DNA of 64,000 bases from positions 288,001 to 352,000 of the forward strand of contig CBDAOI010000002.1 of NCBI GenBank assembly GCA_965198005.1, written 5' to 3'. The position numbers and the translations under genes are program-made. Each line of letters begins with the position of its first letter. Within the stretch, counting starts at the first letter, position 1. The notes beneath the pieces were generated by a model. That model ran no database searches, was not told the DNA's origin, and saw nothing but the letters and a program-made list of their open reading frames with translations. This document shows positions 37,204 to 47,700 of this stretch, piece after piece. The stretch comes from Spirochaetia bacterium (GTDB lineage: Bacteria > Spirochaetota > Spirochaetia > SZUA-6 > Bin103).

Positions 37204-38319
37204 TTATGCGCGGACACCGCTCGGTTGGGCGACGGCGGCTTCCGTATCCTGGTCGAAGACATGGAGCTTGCTTACGTCGGGATGCAAATTGACTTCCTCG
37301 CCCACGTGAAAGTCGTGCCGCGGAGGTACGCGGACAATGATCCGGTTGTGCGCGGTGCTCGCATACACGTGGATTTCGGCCCCCAGCGGCTCCACCACCT
37401 CGACCCGCGCGCTGATGTTGTTGCGGCTCGCGGGTTGCTCGTCGTACACCAGATCTTCCGGCCGGATTCCGAACAACACCTCTTTGCCGACGTACGGCCG
37501 CAGGCTCTCGATCATCGCCGTTTCGGGCTGAATCCGGAACTCACCCTCGTCAATGATGACCCCCCCGTTGGACTCGACGATGCTGGCACTCATCAGGTTC
37601 ATCGGCGGGGAGCCGATGAAGCCGGCCACGAATCGGTTGTCCGGCTTGTTGTAAAGCCCCAGCGGCGTCCCGATCTGCTGCACCAGCCCGTCGCGCATCA
37701 CGACGATTCGGTCGCCCATGGTCATCGCCTCCACCTGGTCGTGCGTGACGTAGATCATGGTCGCCTGCAGACGTGAGTGCAGCGAGGAGATCTCGGCCCG
37801 CATCTGCACCCGGAGCTTGGCGTCGAGATTCGAGAGTGGTTCGTCGAACAGGAACACCTTGGGCTTGCGCACGATCGCCCGGCCCACCGCAACCCGCTGC
37901 CGCTGGCCGCCGGACAGCGCCTTCGGCTTGCGTTCGAGCAGCTCCTCGAGGTCGAGGATACCGGCCGCCTCGTGCACCCGGACGTCGATCTCCTGCTTCG
38001 GGTATTTCCGAATCTTCAGCCCGAACGCCATGTTCTCGTACACGGACATGTGCGGGTAGAGCGCGTAGTTCTGGAACACCATTGCAATGTCGCGATCCTT
38101 GGGAGCCACGTCGTTCATGACCTTGCCGTCGATGAGCAGGTCGCCGGAGGTAATCTCCTCGAGCCCCGCGATCATGCGCAGCGTGGTTGACTTGCCACAG
38201 CCCGAGGGGCCGACCAGGACCACGAATTCCTTGTCATCGACCGCGATGTTGGCGGCGTCAACGGCCTTGACCCCGCCTTCGTAGACCTTGGTGACGTTCT
38301 CAAGCTCGACGTTAGCCAT
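37204..38319 (-). CDS. Sugar ABC transporter ATP-binding subunit (MsiK/UgpC/MalK family)
   Basis: GPSGCGKST, MVFQNYALYPH, LSGGQRQR, DEPLSNLD, C-terminal TOBE. Confidence 0.95.
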   Translation of the reverse strand: MANVELENVTKVYEGGVKAVDAANIAVDDKEFVVLVGPSGCGKSTTLRMIAGLEEITSGDLLIDGKVMNDVAPKDRDIAMVFQNYALYPHMSVYENMAFGLKIRKYPKQEIDVRVHEAAGILDLEELLERKPKALSGGQRQRVAVGRAIVRKPKVFLFDEPLSNLDAKLRVQMRAEISSLHSRLQATMIYVTHDQVEAMTMGDRIVVMRDGLVQQIGTPLGLYNKPDNRFVAGFIGSPPMNLMSASIVESNGGVIIDEGEFRIQPETAMIESLRPYVGKEVLFGIRPEDLVYDEQPASRNNISARVEVVEPLGAEIHVYASTAHNRIIVRVPPRHDFHVGEEVNLHPDVSKLHVFDQDTEAAVAQPSGVRA

Positions 38320-38410
38320 CTGCGTCCTTCGTGCCGGCTGCAAGACACGGCACCTTATCCTACTCTCCCCACGCTTCCCCCCCAGGCTGAAATGAACGGG
38401 GAGCTACAAG

Positions 38411-39724
38411 TTATCTGAAACCGGACTGCACTGTCAAACGGAGAGCATCCTCCCGCCACGCCCGAACCGCCGCGGTCAGTCCCGGCGCGGTGCTCGGCGG
38501 GATGCCGCCGGCGGCGACCGCCGCGCGCATCCAGGGCCACACCACCTGCTGCTTTGCCTGATTCCAGCCGGGGGGCGTGGACGCCGGGACGCGCAGCAGC
38601 TCCGCGTCCGGCAGCCGGCCGATCAGGAACTCCTGGTAGCGTGGCAGGGTAAGCTCGCTGACCCCGCGCAGGGCCGGAAAGCCGCCGGCGAGCCCGAACA
38701 CCCGCAGGCGCTTGAGCGTGGCCGTGGCCAACAGTCGGGCCTGCACCTGCGGCTGAAAGATCCAGCTCAGAAAGCGACGCGCGCCGGCGGGGTTGGACGC
38801 CGCCGCCGGGATCGCGAACGAGCGGTAGCTGTCGATCACGGGAACGCGCCCGTCCACCGCCAACCAGCGGAAGTCGAGTTGCGCCCGCTTGCGCTCCGGG
38901 ATGAGATGGAAGCTGACGACGTCGCTCAGGTACATGCGGATCCGACCTTCGAGCACCAGCGCGTAGAACGGTTGATGAAAGTAGGTGCTCTGAAACTGGT
39001 CATCCGGCGCGATGCCGCCGTGGCTCAGGTTGATCCAGTCGTGGGCAACCGCCAGCGCCGCCTGCACCGCCGACTCGTCGATCACCACCTGGCCGCCGCC
39101 GGTGGACGCGAACCCGCCCCCGCGCGCCGCCGCCAAGTAGTAGACCAGTTCCATGTTCCACAGCGGCGAGAATCCGATCCTGGTCGGCCGCGCCGGCGGC
39201 CCGGCAACGTACTCCCGGCCGAGTGCCCGCAACTCCTCCACGCTGATCACGAACTGATTGAGATCGGCCGGCACGGCATCCCGCGCAAACACGATCACGG
39301 GCAGGTTGAAGGCAAACGGCAGACTCGTCTGGCGCTGCCCGGCCATGCCCTGCGCCAGCAGCTCGGGATAGAACGCCGTTGCCTCGAGACGGTCGCGCAG
39401 CAGCTCGTCGAGTGGTGCCAGCAGGCCGGTCAGCTCGGGGCTGGCCAGCCAGGAGCCGAGCACCAGATCCGGCGCCTCGAACTCCGGGAGCGCCGTGCCG
39501 CGCAGCAGCTCCCGGGCCGGCTCCTCGACGTGGATCAGCTCAACCTTGACCGGGGCGTCGCTCGCGTTGAAGGTCTCGACGTACGCGGCCAGCTCCGCGC
39601 GATCGCTCCACAGCACCACGATCGACGGCAGCCGGGCGCAGCCGGACAGGGCACAGGCCGCGAGCGCCACGAGTGCCACGCGAGCCAGCGTGGGCGCGCT
39701 CCTGCGCCGCAACCGGCGACCCAC
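38411..39724 (-). CDS. Extracellular solute-binding lipoprotein (carbohydrate ABC type, divergent)
   Basis: LSGC lipobox; APDL, LPFAFNLP, FAIP..A.NP..A..FLSW; adjacent to the ABC ATPase. Confidence 0.7.
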   Translation of the reverse strand: MGRRLRRRSAPTLARVALVALAACALSGCARLPSIVVLWSDRAELAAYVETFNASDAPVKVELIHVEEPARELLRGTALPEFEAPDLVLGSWLASPELTGLLAPLDELLRDRLEATAFYPELLAQGMAGQRQTSLPFAFNLPVIVFARDAVPADLNQFVISVEELRALGREYVAGPPARPTRIGFSPLWNMELVYYLAAARGGGFASTGGGQVVIDESAVQAALAVAHDWINLSHGGIAPDDQFQSTYFHQPFYALVLEGRIRMYLSDVVSFHLIPERKRAQLDFRWLAVDGRVPVIDSYRSFAIPAAASNPAGARRFLSWIFQPQVQARLLATATLKRLRVFGLAGGFPALRGVSELTLPRYQEFLIGRLPDAELLRVPASTPPGWNQAKQQVVWPWMRAAVAAGGIPPSTAPGLTAAVRAWREDALRLTVQSGFR

Positions 39725-39758
39725 GGTCCGCGACCGATTTCCCAGCGCCCCGAAACCG

Positions 39759-41054
39759 CTACCGGGCCAGCGCGGCGGCCGCGGCGTAGATCTCCGCGAA
39801 CAGCGCCTCCAGATCGTCCAGCGCTACGGTGGAGTACGCGACCCGCAGGTAGTCATCTCCCACCGAGATGGTGCCGATGCCGCGCCCGTGCAGCAACTCG
39901 AGGCGCAACGCCTCGGCCTTGCCTCCTACCACTCGCAGGGTGAGGAAGTACCCGGAGTTGAACGGCAGCGGTTGCAGCGACCCGTCCGGCGCCGCCCGGG
40001 CGGCGAGGAGCTCGCGCACCCGCCGGTAGCGGGCGGCGACCGCTTCCAGGTTGGCTGCCCGCTCGGCCTGGTAGGTGCCGGACCGCATGGAACGGAGAAT
40101 CAGGTTCTGGGCCAACGTGTTGGAACTGGAAACCGATGAGCGCACGGCTCCCATCACCTTCCGCTCCAGGGCCGCGAACTGCTCGTCCGTGACGCCGGGT
40201 GCCCCGAACGTCAGGAAGCCGACGCGAAATCCCCACACGTAGCTCTCCTTGGTCGCGCCGTCCACCTTGACCGCGAGGATCCGGCGATGCGCGTTGCTCA
40301 GCCGGGCGAACAGCGACTCCCGATAGCTCGCGGGGTCGTAGAACAACCCGAAGTACGCGTCGTCGCAGATCACGACCTGCCGGAGGCCGCGCCGAGCGTG
40401 GTGCAGCAACACCTCCAGCAGGCGCTCGACTTCCGCCTGAGCCGGGGTGTAGCCGGTGGGATTGTTGGGGAAGTTCAGCAGCAGCACCGCCTTGCCGCCG
40501 CCGGGCAGCCGCTCGAGCGCGGCGTCGAACGCCCCCACGTCGAGCTGCCGCGCAGCGTCGAAGAAGGGCACCGTCTCCAGCACCGCGCCCCGCCGCTCTT
40601 CCATTATGAGGCGGTAGTTGCCCCAGAACATGTCCGGCACCAGCACCCGGTCGCCGCGGTCCACCAGCAGATCGGCGGCCACGGCGATCCCGTGCGTCAG
40701 GCCGGCGGTCACCAGCGGCAGCGACACCGGGCCGGTGAGGCCGGGGTTCTTCTGTTTCATCTCCGCCAGCCAGCAGGTGCGCAACTCCGGAAGTCCCCCG
40801 GTCGGGGCGTAGGCGAAGATCTGGTCCGGCTCCAGCTCCGGCACCAGCCGCCGGATACTGTCCAGAAACAGCGGCGTCCGGCCGTCGGTGGCGATGCCCA
40901 CGGTAGCGTCGAACCGATGCGCGTGCTTGGCGGCCTCCGCGGTCTGCGCCACCACCCCGCGCGGGAAGTACAGGCGGCGCCCCAGGTCGGACAGCAGCGG
41001 CGCGATTTCAGTGTCGGCGAGGGTCTGGTTGAGCTGTGCGGCGAGTGGATTCAT
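39759..41054 (-). CDS. PLP-dependent aminotransferase class I/II
   Basis: NFPNNPTGYTP, DDAYFGL, DGATKE..WGFRVG. Confidence 0.9.
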   Translation of the reverse strand: MNPLAAQLNQTLADTEIAPLLSDLGRRLYFPRGVVAQTAEAAKHAHRFDATVGIATDGRTPLFLDSIRRLVPELEPDQIFAYAPTGGLPELRTCWLAEMKQKNPGLTGPVSLPLVTAGLTHGIAVAADLLVDRGDRVLVPDMFWGNYRLIMEERRGAVLETVPFFDAARQLDVGAFDAALERLPGGGKAVLLLNFPNNPTGYTPAQAEVERLLEVLLHHARRGLRQVVICDDAYFGLFYDPASYRESLFARLSNAHRRILAVKVDGATKESYVWGFRVGFLTFGAPGVTDEQFAALERKVMGAVRSSVSSSNTLAQNLILRSMRSGTYQAERAANLEAVAARYRRVRELLAARAAPDGSLQPLPFNSGYFLTLRVVGGKAEALRLELLHGRGIGTISVGDDYLRVAYSTVALDDLEALFAEIYAAAAALAR

Positions 41055-41098
41055 GGCGCGAGTCATCGCCCTACACTGTGCGCAGAGCGGCGCGGCCT

Positions 41099-41134
41099 TT
41101 GTCAACGCGGCTCCGGCAAGCTACATTTGCGTAA
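41099..41134 (+). promoter_or_regulatory. sigma70-type promoter of the activator, overlapped by a CTAC-N6-GTAA box
   Basis: TTGTCA(41099-41104)-17bp-TACATT(41122-41127); box CTACATTTGCGTAA at 41121-41134. Confidence 0.6.
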
Positions 41135-41139
41135 CCTGT

Positions 41140-42696
41140 ATGGCGTCTCCCCTGCCATCGGCCGACGTGCGGCGCGAGGTGAGCGAGCTGGCGATGCTGT
41201 TCGAGATCAGCCGCATTCTCGACTCCAGCCTCGATCTGCGCGACGTCGTGCATCCGATCCTCGAAACGCTCGGCCGCCACCTGGGCATCCGGCTGGGCGT
41301 GCTGAGCCTGGTAAACCGCGCCACCGAACGGATCTCGATCGAGGCCGCCTACGGTCTGTCGGAGAGCCAGCAGCGGCGCGGCCGGTACAAGATCGGCGAG
41401 GGCATCACCGGCGGCGTGGTGCAATCCGGCGCGCCCGCCATCGTACCGCGCATCGCGGACGAGCCCGGCATGGTGCACCGCACCCGCGCCGCCACCAGTC
41501 CGGAGCTGGCCGACCTCTCCTTCATCTGCGTGCCGATCAAGTCGGGCAACACCGTGATCGGCTCGCTGAGCACCGACAAGCTGTTCCCGGCGCACGTACC
41601 GTTCGACGAGGACGTACGGTTGCTTTCCATTATTGCGTCGATGATCTCGCAGGCGGTAAAGCTGCGTCAGTCGGCGCAGGAGGAGCGCCGGCGGCTGCTC
41701 GAGGAGAACGACCGGTTGCAGGAGCAGTTGAAGAACCGGTTTCGGCCGAAGAATCTGATCGGCAGCTCCGAGGCGATGAACAGCGCGTTCCGGCTCGTGG
41801 GACAGGTGTCACGGAGCGATGCCACGGTGCTGATCCGGGGCGAGACCGGCACCGGCAAGGATCTGGTGGCGCAGGCGATCCACTACAACAGCGCGCGCAC
41901 GGCGAAACCGTTCATCAAGGTGAACTGCGCCGCGCTGCCCGAGTCCGTGATCGAGAGCGAGCTGTTCGGCCATGAGCGCGGGGCGTTCACCGGCGCGATC
42001 GCCACCCGCAAGGGTCGGTTCGAGCTGGCCCACGGGGGAACGCTGTTCCTGGATGAGATCGGGGACCTGACCGCGGCGACCCAGGTCAGGCTGCTGCGGG
42101 TGCTGCAGGAGCGCGAGTTCGAGCGGGTCGGCGGTACCGCCACGCTGCGCAGTGACGTGCGCGTGCTCGCCGCCACCAACCGCAACCTGGAAGAGCTGAT
42201 CGAGCGCGGCGAGTTTCGCGCCGATCTGTATTACCGGCTGAACGTGTTTCCGATTCACATCCCGCCGCTGCGCGAGCGCAAGACCGACCTGCTGCTGCTC
42301 GCAGATCACTTCGTCGCGCGCTACGGGGCCGAGAATCACAAGCACGTCAAGCGGATCACCACGCCCGCGATCGACATGCTGATGAGCTACCACTGGCCCG
42401 GCAACGTGCGCGAGCTGGAGAACTGCATCGAGCGTGCCGTCCTGCTGAGCAACGACGAGGTGATCCACGGCCACCACCTGCCGCCCACGCTGCAGACCGC
42501 CGAGGCCAGCGGCACCACTCCGCGCGGCAGCCTGCGCGGCACCGTCGACGCCATCGAACGCGAGCTGATTCAGGACGCCCTGAAGTGGGGCCGGGGCAAC
42601 CTGGCGCGCGCCGCCCGCTCGCTCGAGATCAGCGAACGGATCATGGGACTGCGCGTACGCAAGTATCGGATCGATCCCGACACCTACAAGCGCTGA
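41140..42696 (+). CDS. sigma54-dependent enhancer-binding protein, GAF-AAA+-HTH (NifA family, AnfA/VnfA-like HTH)
   Basis: GAF (GEGITG, SFICVPI), GETGTGK, intact GAFTGA, WPGNVRELEN; HTH GNLARAARSLEISERIMGLRVRKY. Confidence 0.92.
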   Translation: MASPLPSADVRREVSELAMLFEISRILDSSLDLRDVVHPILETLGRHLGIRLGVLSLVNRATERISIEAAYGLSESQQRRGRYKIGEGITGGVVQSGAPAIVPRIADEPGMVHRTRAATSPELADLSFICVPIKSGNTVIGSLSTDKLFPAHVPFDEDVRLLSIIASMISQAVKLRQSAQEERRRLLEENDRLQEQLKNRFRPKNLIGSSEAMNSAFRLVGQVSRSDATVLIRGETGTGKDLVAQAIHYNSARTAKPFIKVNCAALPESVIESELFGHERGAFTGAIATRKGRFELAHGGTLFLDEIGDLTAATQVRLLRVLQEREFERVGGTATLRSDVRVLAATNRNLEELIERGEFRADLYYRLNVFPIHIPPLRERKTDLLLLADHFVARYGAENHKHVKRITTPAIDMLMSYHWPGNVRELENCIERAVLLSNDEVIHGHHLPPTLQTAEASGTTPRGSLRGTVDAIERELIQDALKWGRGNLARAARSLEISERIMGLRVRKYRIDPDTYKR

Positions 42697-42722
42697 CGGT
42701 GCGCCAACCGCAGCCAGAAACC

Positions 42723-42767
42723 CCACATTTGCGTAGCACGCGGCCTGAGTTCCTACGCTGAGGTAGG
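42723..42767. promoter_or_regulatory. Tandem upstream activator boxes for amtB-glnK
   Basis: CCAC-ATTTGC-GTAG (42723-42736) and CCTAC-GCTGAG-GTAGG (42752-42767), 30 bp apart. Confidence 0.7.
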
Positions 42768-42830
42768 CCCGCGGGCCGCGGCGGGCGCCGCTCGCCGCCC
42801 CTCCTGCCCGATCCTGATGCTCGGCTGCGT

Positions 42831-42847
42831 TTGGCACGCATCTTGCT
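42831..42847 (+). promoter_or_regulatory. sigma54 -24/-12 promoter of amtB-glnK
   Basis: TTGGCACGCATCTTGCT matches TGGCAC-N5-TTGC; RBS AAGGAGAGG before amtB. Confidence 0.9.
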
Positions 42848-42889
42848 TTGGTACGGGCAACCAACCTCATTCCAAGGAGAGGCTGAACG

Positions 42890-44227
42890 ATGCGAAGATT
42901 TCTCATTATCGCTGCGGCGCTGCTGGTATTCGGCGCCGTGCATGGATTCGCGGACGCCGATTCCAACGCCGTGGCCATCGATACGGTATGGACGATCATG
43001 GCCGCGGTGCTGGTATTTCTGATGCAGGCCGGCTTCGCGATGCTGGAGACCGGATTCACGCGCGCCAAGAACGCGACCAACATCATGATGAAGAATCTGC
43101 TGGACTTCTCGATCGGGACGCTCGCGTTCTGGGCGATCGGTTTCGGGATCATGTTCGGAGCCGACGCCGCGGGCCTGCTCGGGACCGACAAGTTCTTCCT
43201 GGGCGGGGCCGTGGTGGACGAGGCGTTCTCCGACTTCACGTTCTGGATCTTCCAGGTGATGTTCGCCGCCACTGCCGCCACCATCGTCTCGGGAGCGGTA
43301 GCGGAACGTACGCAGTTCAAGGCGTATCTGGTCTACTCGGTATTCGTCAGCGCGCTCATCTACCCGGTGGTCGGCCACTGGATCTGGGGCGGCGGCTGGC
43401 TCGGTTCGCTGGGCATGATCGACTTCGCCGGATCCACCGTAGTCCACTCCGTGGGCGGCTGGGCCGGTCTGGCGGGCGCGATCGTCCTGGGTGCGCGCGA
43501 AGGCAAGTACGTCCGCACCGGCAACGGCAGCAGCCAGGGCAGGCCGGTGGTAAACGCGATCCAGGGGCACAACATGCCGCTGGCCGCGCTCGGCGTGTTT
43601 CTCCTGTGGTTCGGGTGGTTCGGGTTCAACGCCGGCAGCACGGTGGCGGGCACCGACCTGTCGATCGCGGCAATCGCCGTAACCACCAACCTGGCGGCCG
43701 CGGCCGGCGTGGTGGGCGCGCTGATGATGGCCTGGATGATCTCCGGCAAGCCCGACCCGACGTTCGCGCTCAACGGCGCCATTGGCGGTCTGGTGGCGAT
43801 TACCGCGGGCTGCGCCAACCTGTCACCGGGCAGTGCGGTGGTGGTCGGCTTTCTCGGCGGCGTGCTGGTGGTGTTGTCGGTGCAATTCATCGACCGCGTG
43901 CTCCACGTCGACGATCCCGTGGGAGCGGTCTCCGCGCACGGCGTGGTCGGCGCCTGGGGCACGATTGCGGTGGGTCTGTTCGCGCAGGAGCAGTACGGCG
44001 GCACCAACGGTCTGTTCTTCGGCGGCGGCTTCGGCCAGCTCGGGATTCAGATCGTAGGCGTCCTGGCGGTATTCGCGTGGACCTTCGCTACCGCACTGAT
44101 TCTGTTCAAGTTGATCAAGGCCACCGTCGGTCTGCGCGTGACCCGCGAGGGGGAACTGCGTGGACTCGACATCGGCGAGCACGGCACGGAGGCGTACACC
44201 GACTTTCAGGTGTACACTACCCGTTAA
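42890..44227 (+). CDS. amtB: Ammonium transporter
   Basis: [57 protein letters not shown]. Confidence 0.97.
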   Translation: MRRFLIIAAALLVFGAVHGFADADSNAVAIDTVWTIMAAVLVFLMQAGFAMLETGFTRAKNATNIMMKNLLDFSIGTLAFWAIGFGIMFGADAAGLLGTDKFFLGGAVVDEAFSDFTFWIFQVMFAATAATIVSGAVAERTQFKAYLVYSVFVSALIYPVVGHWIWGGGWLGSLGMIDFAGSTVVHSVGGWAGLAGAIVLGAREGKYVRTGNGSSQGRPVVNAIQGHNMPLAALGVFLLWFGWFGFNAGSTVAGTDLSIAAIAVTTNLAAAAGVVGALMMAWMISGKPDPTFALNGAIGGLVAITAGCANLSPGSAVVVGFLGGVLVVLSVQFIDRVLHVDDPVGAVSAHGVVGAWGTIAVGLFAQEQYGGTNGLFFGGGFGQLGIQIVGVLAVFAWTFATALILFKLIKATVGLRVTREGELRGLDIGEHGTEAYTDFQVYTTR

Positions 44228-44255
44228 CGCCGCAACCGGCAGACAGGAGGTCGGC

Positions 44256-44597
44256 ATGAAACTGATTATCGCCTACGTTCAGCCGCACAAGCTGAACGAC
44301 GTCAAGCAGGAGCTGTTCAAGGAGCAGGTGGGCAAGATGTCGGTCACCAATGCCTTGGGCTGCGGGCAGCAGATGGGCTACACCGAAACCTACCGGGGAG
44401 TCCAGATCGAGGTCAACCTGTTGAAGAAGGTTCGCCTCGAGATTGCGGTCAACGACGAATTCCTGGAACGTACGATCGATGCGATCGTGCGCGGCGCCCG
44501 CACCGGCGAGATCGGCGACGGCAAAATCTTCGTGACGGAGCTGAGCCAGTGTATCCGCATTCGCTCGGGCGAAGTGGGTGCCGTAGCAATTGGATAG
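44256..44597 (+). CDS. glnK: PII nitrogen regulatory protein (GlnK-type, Tyr51 replaced by Ile)
   Basis: [42 protein letters not shown]. Confidence 0.95.
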   Translation: MKLIIAYVQPHKLNDVKQELFKEQVGKMSVTNALGCGQQMGYTETYRGVQIEVNLLKKVRLEIAVNDEFLERTIDAIVRGARTGEIGDGKIFVTELSQCIRIRSGEVGAVAIG

Positions 44598-44646
44598 CGC
44601 CCCAAGACCGCCGCCCGGGGCGCCGCTCTTGGCCCATCCCGTCCGA

Positions 44647-44766
44647 TCACTAGGAGTCTGTCGCAATCCGACAGACTCCTAGTGAGACGGCCTGACCTTA
44701 TTGACCGGAGCGCGGTCAGGCCGTCAGGGGAGGGGGGCCGGCGTCCACCTGTGGGCGCCGGCCCCC
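44647..44766. repeat. Three consecutive hairpins between convergent glnK and glnE (probable bidirectional terminator region; first hairpin possibly an IS/MITE scar)
   Basis: Perfect 17-bp IR TCACTAGGAGTCTGTCG/CGACAGACTCCTAGTGA (44647-44685); 12-bp IR GACGGCCTGACC/GGTCAGGCCGTC (44686-44725); GC hairpin at about 44733-44766. Confidence 0.75.
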
Positions 44767-44778
44767 CGAACCGCTCGA

Positions 44779-47700
44779 TCAATCCGATCCTGCCACCCGG
44801 CAATAGGCGGCGTGCACCCGGGTCGTGACCTCCGCGACCCGTTGCTCGAACGCGGGCACGGTCGCGCCGGTACCCAGCAGGTGGCGCGCCAGGGTGGTCA
44901 GCGCCGTCCGGGAGGTGGGCAGCGCGTGTACCTGACGATCCTCCAGCACCTGCAGGAAATGTTCCAGCCGCCGCAGGAACAGGTAGTCGTCGCGCAGGTG
45001 CCCGGCGGTTGCGGTGTCGAGCACCGCGGCCCGCTGCAGACGCCCCAGAGCCTCCAGGGTGTTGCCGCACTGCAGGTGCGGAATCCGCGGCAGGTGCACC
45101 AGTTGCAACCCCTGCACCAGGAATTCGATCTCACGTAGACCACCGATCCCGGACTTCACGTCACGCCCCTGGCCGAGCCGGGCCTTATGGGCGAGGGCCA
45201 GCGCCCGCATCCGGCGGATGGAGCCGAACACCCGCGCGGCGCGGCTCGCGGGGTCGTCTCCGAAGCGCGCGAAGGCAGCCTGCGTCTGCTCCAGCAGCGC
45301 GTTGCCGAGGGCACGGTTGCCACCCACCGGGCGCATCCTCAGCAATGCCTGCACCTCCCAGTCGTTGGCCGGTCCGCCGTAGTAGGCGACCAGTGCGCGC
45401 AACGAATGGGCCAGCTCGCCGGAGCTGCCGTAGGGGCGCAGCCGCCAGTCCACCCGATACGCGGCGCTCTCCTCGGGATGGGAGGAGAGCACCTCACGCA
45501 AGCCGCGGGCGAGCGCGGAGACGGCCTGACTCAACTCCGCACCGGCCGCGGCGCCCAGGCCCCGGTCGTCGTACAGCGCGACCAGATCGATGTCCGAGCT
45601 GTAGTTGAGCTCCTCCGCCCCCAGCTTGCCCAGCGCCAGAATGCAGGTACGCTCGCCCAGCGCCGGCTGCTCCGGCTGCCGCGTCAGGGCGGTGAGCGCG
45701 GCGTCGACGAACGCCTCCGCGACGGTGGAGAGATCGGCCATGACGTCGGTCACCGGCGCCTCGAGGCAGAAGTCGCGGATGGCGATGCGCAGAATCTCGC
45801 GCCGGCGCAGGGCGCGCAGCCGCCGCAGCCAGGCAGTGCGGTCCGGCGCGCCGCCGGCCGCGGCCTCCAGCTCCAGCGCCACGTCCTGCAGCCGGCGGCG
45901 GCCGTGCAGCCGCTCCGGCTCCTCGGTAACCCAGTCGAACAGCTCGGGGCCGCGCACCAGGGCGTCGGCCAGAAACTGGCTGGTGGCGAAGATTCGCAGC
46001 AGCAGCTCCAGCCGCGTGGGTTGGCGCAACAAGGTCCGGAAGTGGCGCCCGGGATCGTCCAGAGCCGCGGCGAACCGTTCCCAGTTGTTGAGCGCGCGAT
46101 CCGGATCCGGTTGCAGGGCCAGGGTGTCGCCCGCCAGCACCGCCAGCCGCGCGAACTCCGTGCGATCCGGGGCACGGCGCGCCAGCCGGATGACGTTGCC
46201 CGCCGCCCGCTCCGGCTGCGCGAACCCGAGCCGGCGCAGAACGGTGGCCGGGGCGGCATCCGCGGCGGCGCGGGCGGTGTCCGCTGGCGGCAGGCTCAGC
46301 ACCAGGTCGGCGAGACCGGTGATCGTGTCGGAGCCGAGCGAGCCGCGCCCGAGGCGGGTGTCGATGAAGCGCCGCACCGCCGCGCGGCGGGTTTCCAGCT
46401 CCAGGCGGAGCTGCTGCGCCGGGGCCAGACCGTCCGCCTCGCGGTAGCCCATGCGGCGCGCCAGATGGCCGTACTCGGGAGCGTGCGCCGGCGGCAGGTA
46501 CAGGTCACGGGCCGAGCCGCGCAGCATGCGCAGGGCGTTGATCAGCAGGCGGAAAAACCCGTACGCGCCCTGGATCTGCTCCGCCTCCTCGGCCGCCAGC
46601 AGCCCGGCCTGCGCCAGCCCATCCAGCGCCTGATGGACGCTGGAGCTGCGCAGTTCCCGGTTGGTCTCGCCATAGCGCACCTGCAGCATCTGGACCGCGT
46701 ACTCCACGTCCACCAGCGTGCCGGGGCTGAACTTGGCGTTGAGCCTGGTGGCGGCGTCGTACTCGGCCACCTGCCGGCGGCGCATCCGGTGCACCTGTTC
46801 CAGGGCGACCGCGCCGGCCGCGTACACGAATTGGTCGCGCAGCCGCTCCAGCCGCGCGCCCAGCGCGGGGTCGCCGGCCACGGCGCGCAGCCGCAGCAGC
46901 GCCAGCCGCTCGTACGCCAGCGCGGCGCCGCCGGGGCCGTAGTAACGGGTGAAGCTTTCCAGACTTACGGCGCGGGGTCCGGCGGCGCCGTACGGGCGCA
47001 GGCGCAGGTCCACCTCGAAGATGCCGGCCCGGCGGGCGCTGATGCGCGCGGTGGTGGCGCGCACCAGTTGCTCGTAGTACTCGGCGTTGCCGACCCGGCG
47101 CGGGCCGGTGGTGCGGCCCTGGTCGCTGTACACGAACATCAGCTCGACGTCGGAGGCGTAGCCGAGCGCGCGTCCCCCCATCTTGCCCAGCCCCATCACG
47201 GCCAGCCGCGTATCGATGCCGCCGACCGTTTGCGGTACACCGAACTGCGGCCGCAGGGCCGCCGCCGCCAGCTCCAGCGCACCGGCCAGCACGCAGTCGG
47301 CAAGCTCGGTCAGGCGGCCGGCGAGCGTCCGCACGCCCCAACCCGGCCCGAGAATGTGCTCCAGATCGATCAGAAACGCCTCGCGATCCTTGAACCGGTT
47401 CAGCGTCGCCACCTTCTCGTCGGCCGTGGCCGCCGCGTCCACCGCCGCCCGCAGGCGCGCCGCGACCGTGGCCGGATCGGTGAACCGGTGGGTCGCCTGC
47501 GGTTCCAGCAGCGGCAGCAGGGTCTCGAACTGGCTGCGGACGAAGTCCTCCCACAGGTAGTCGCTGCTGCCCAGCAGCACCGCCAGCTCGCGCATGATGC
47601 GCGGGTCGGCCAGCAGATCCGGCAGCCGGCCCGCCTCCGGCAACTCGAGCATCCGCTCGGTGAGCTGTTCGAAGCGCATCAAGGCGGCGTACGGGTCGGG

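Noticed and set aside
41140-42696. Evidence of nitrogen fixation from the NifA-family gene
   Set aside because: No nif/anf/vnf structural genes in the window, and I saw no TGT-N10-ACA sites at the two promoters; the visible targets are amtB-glnK and glnA.
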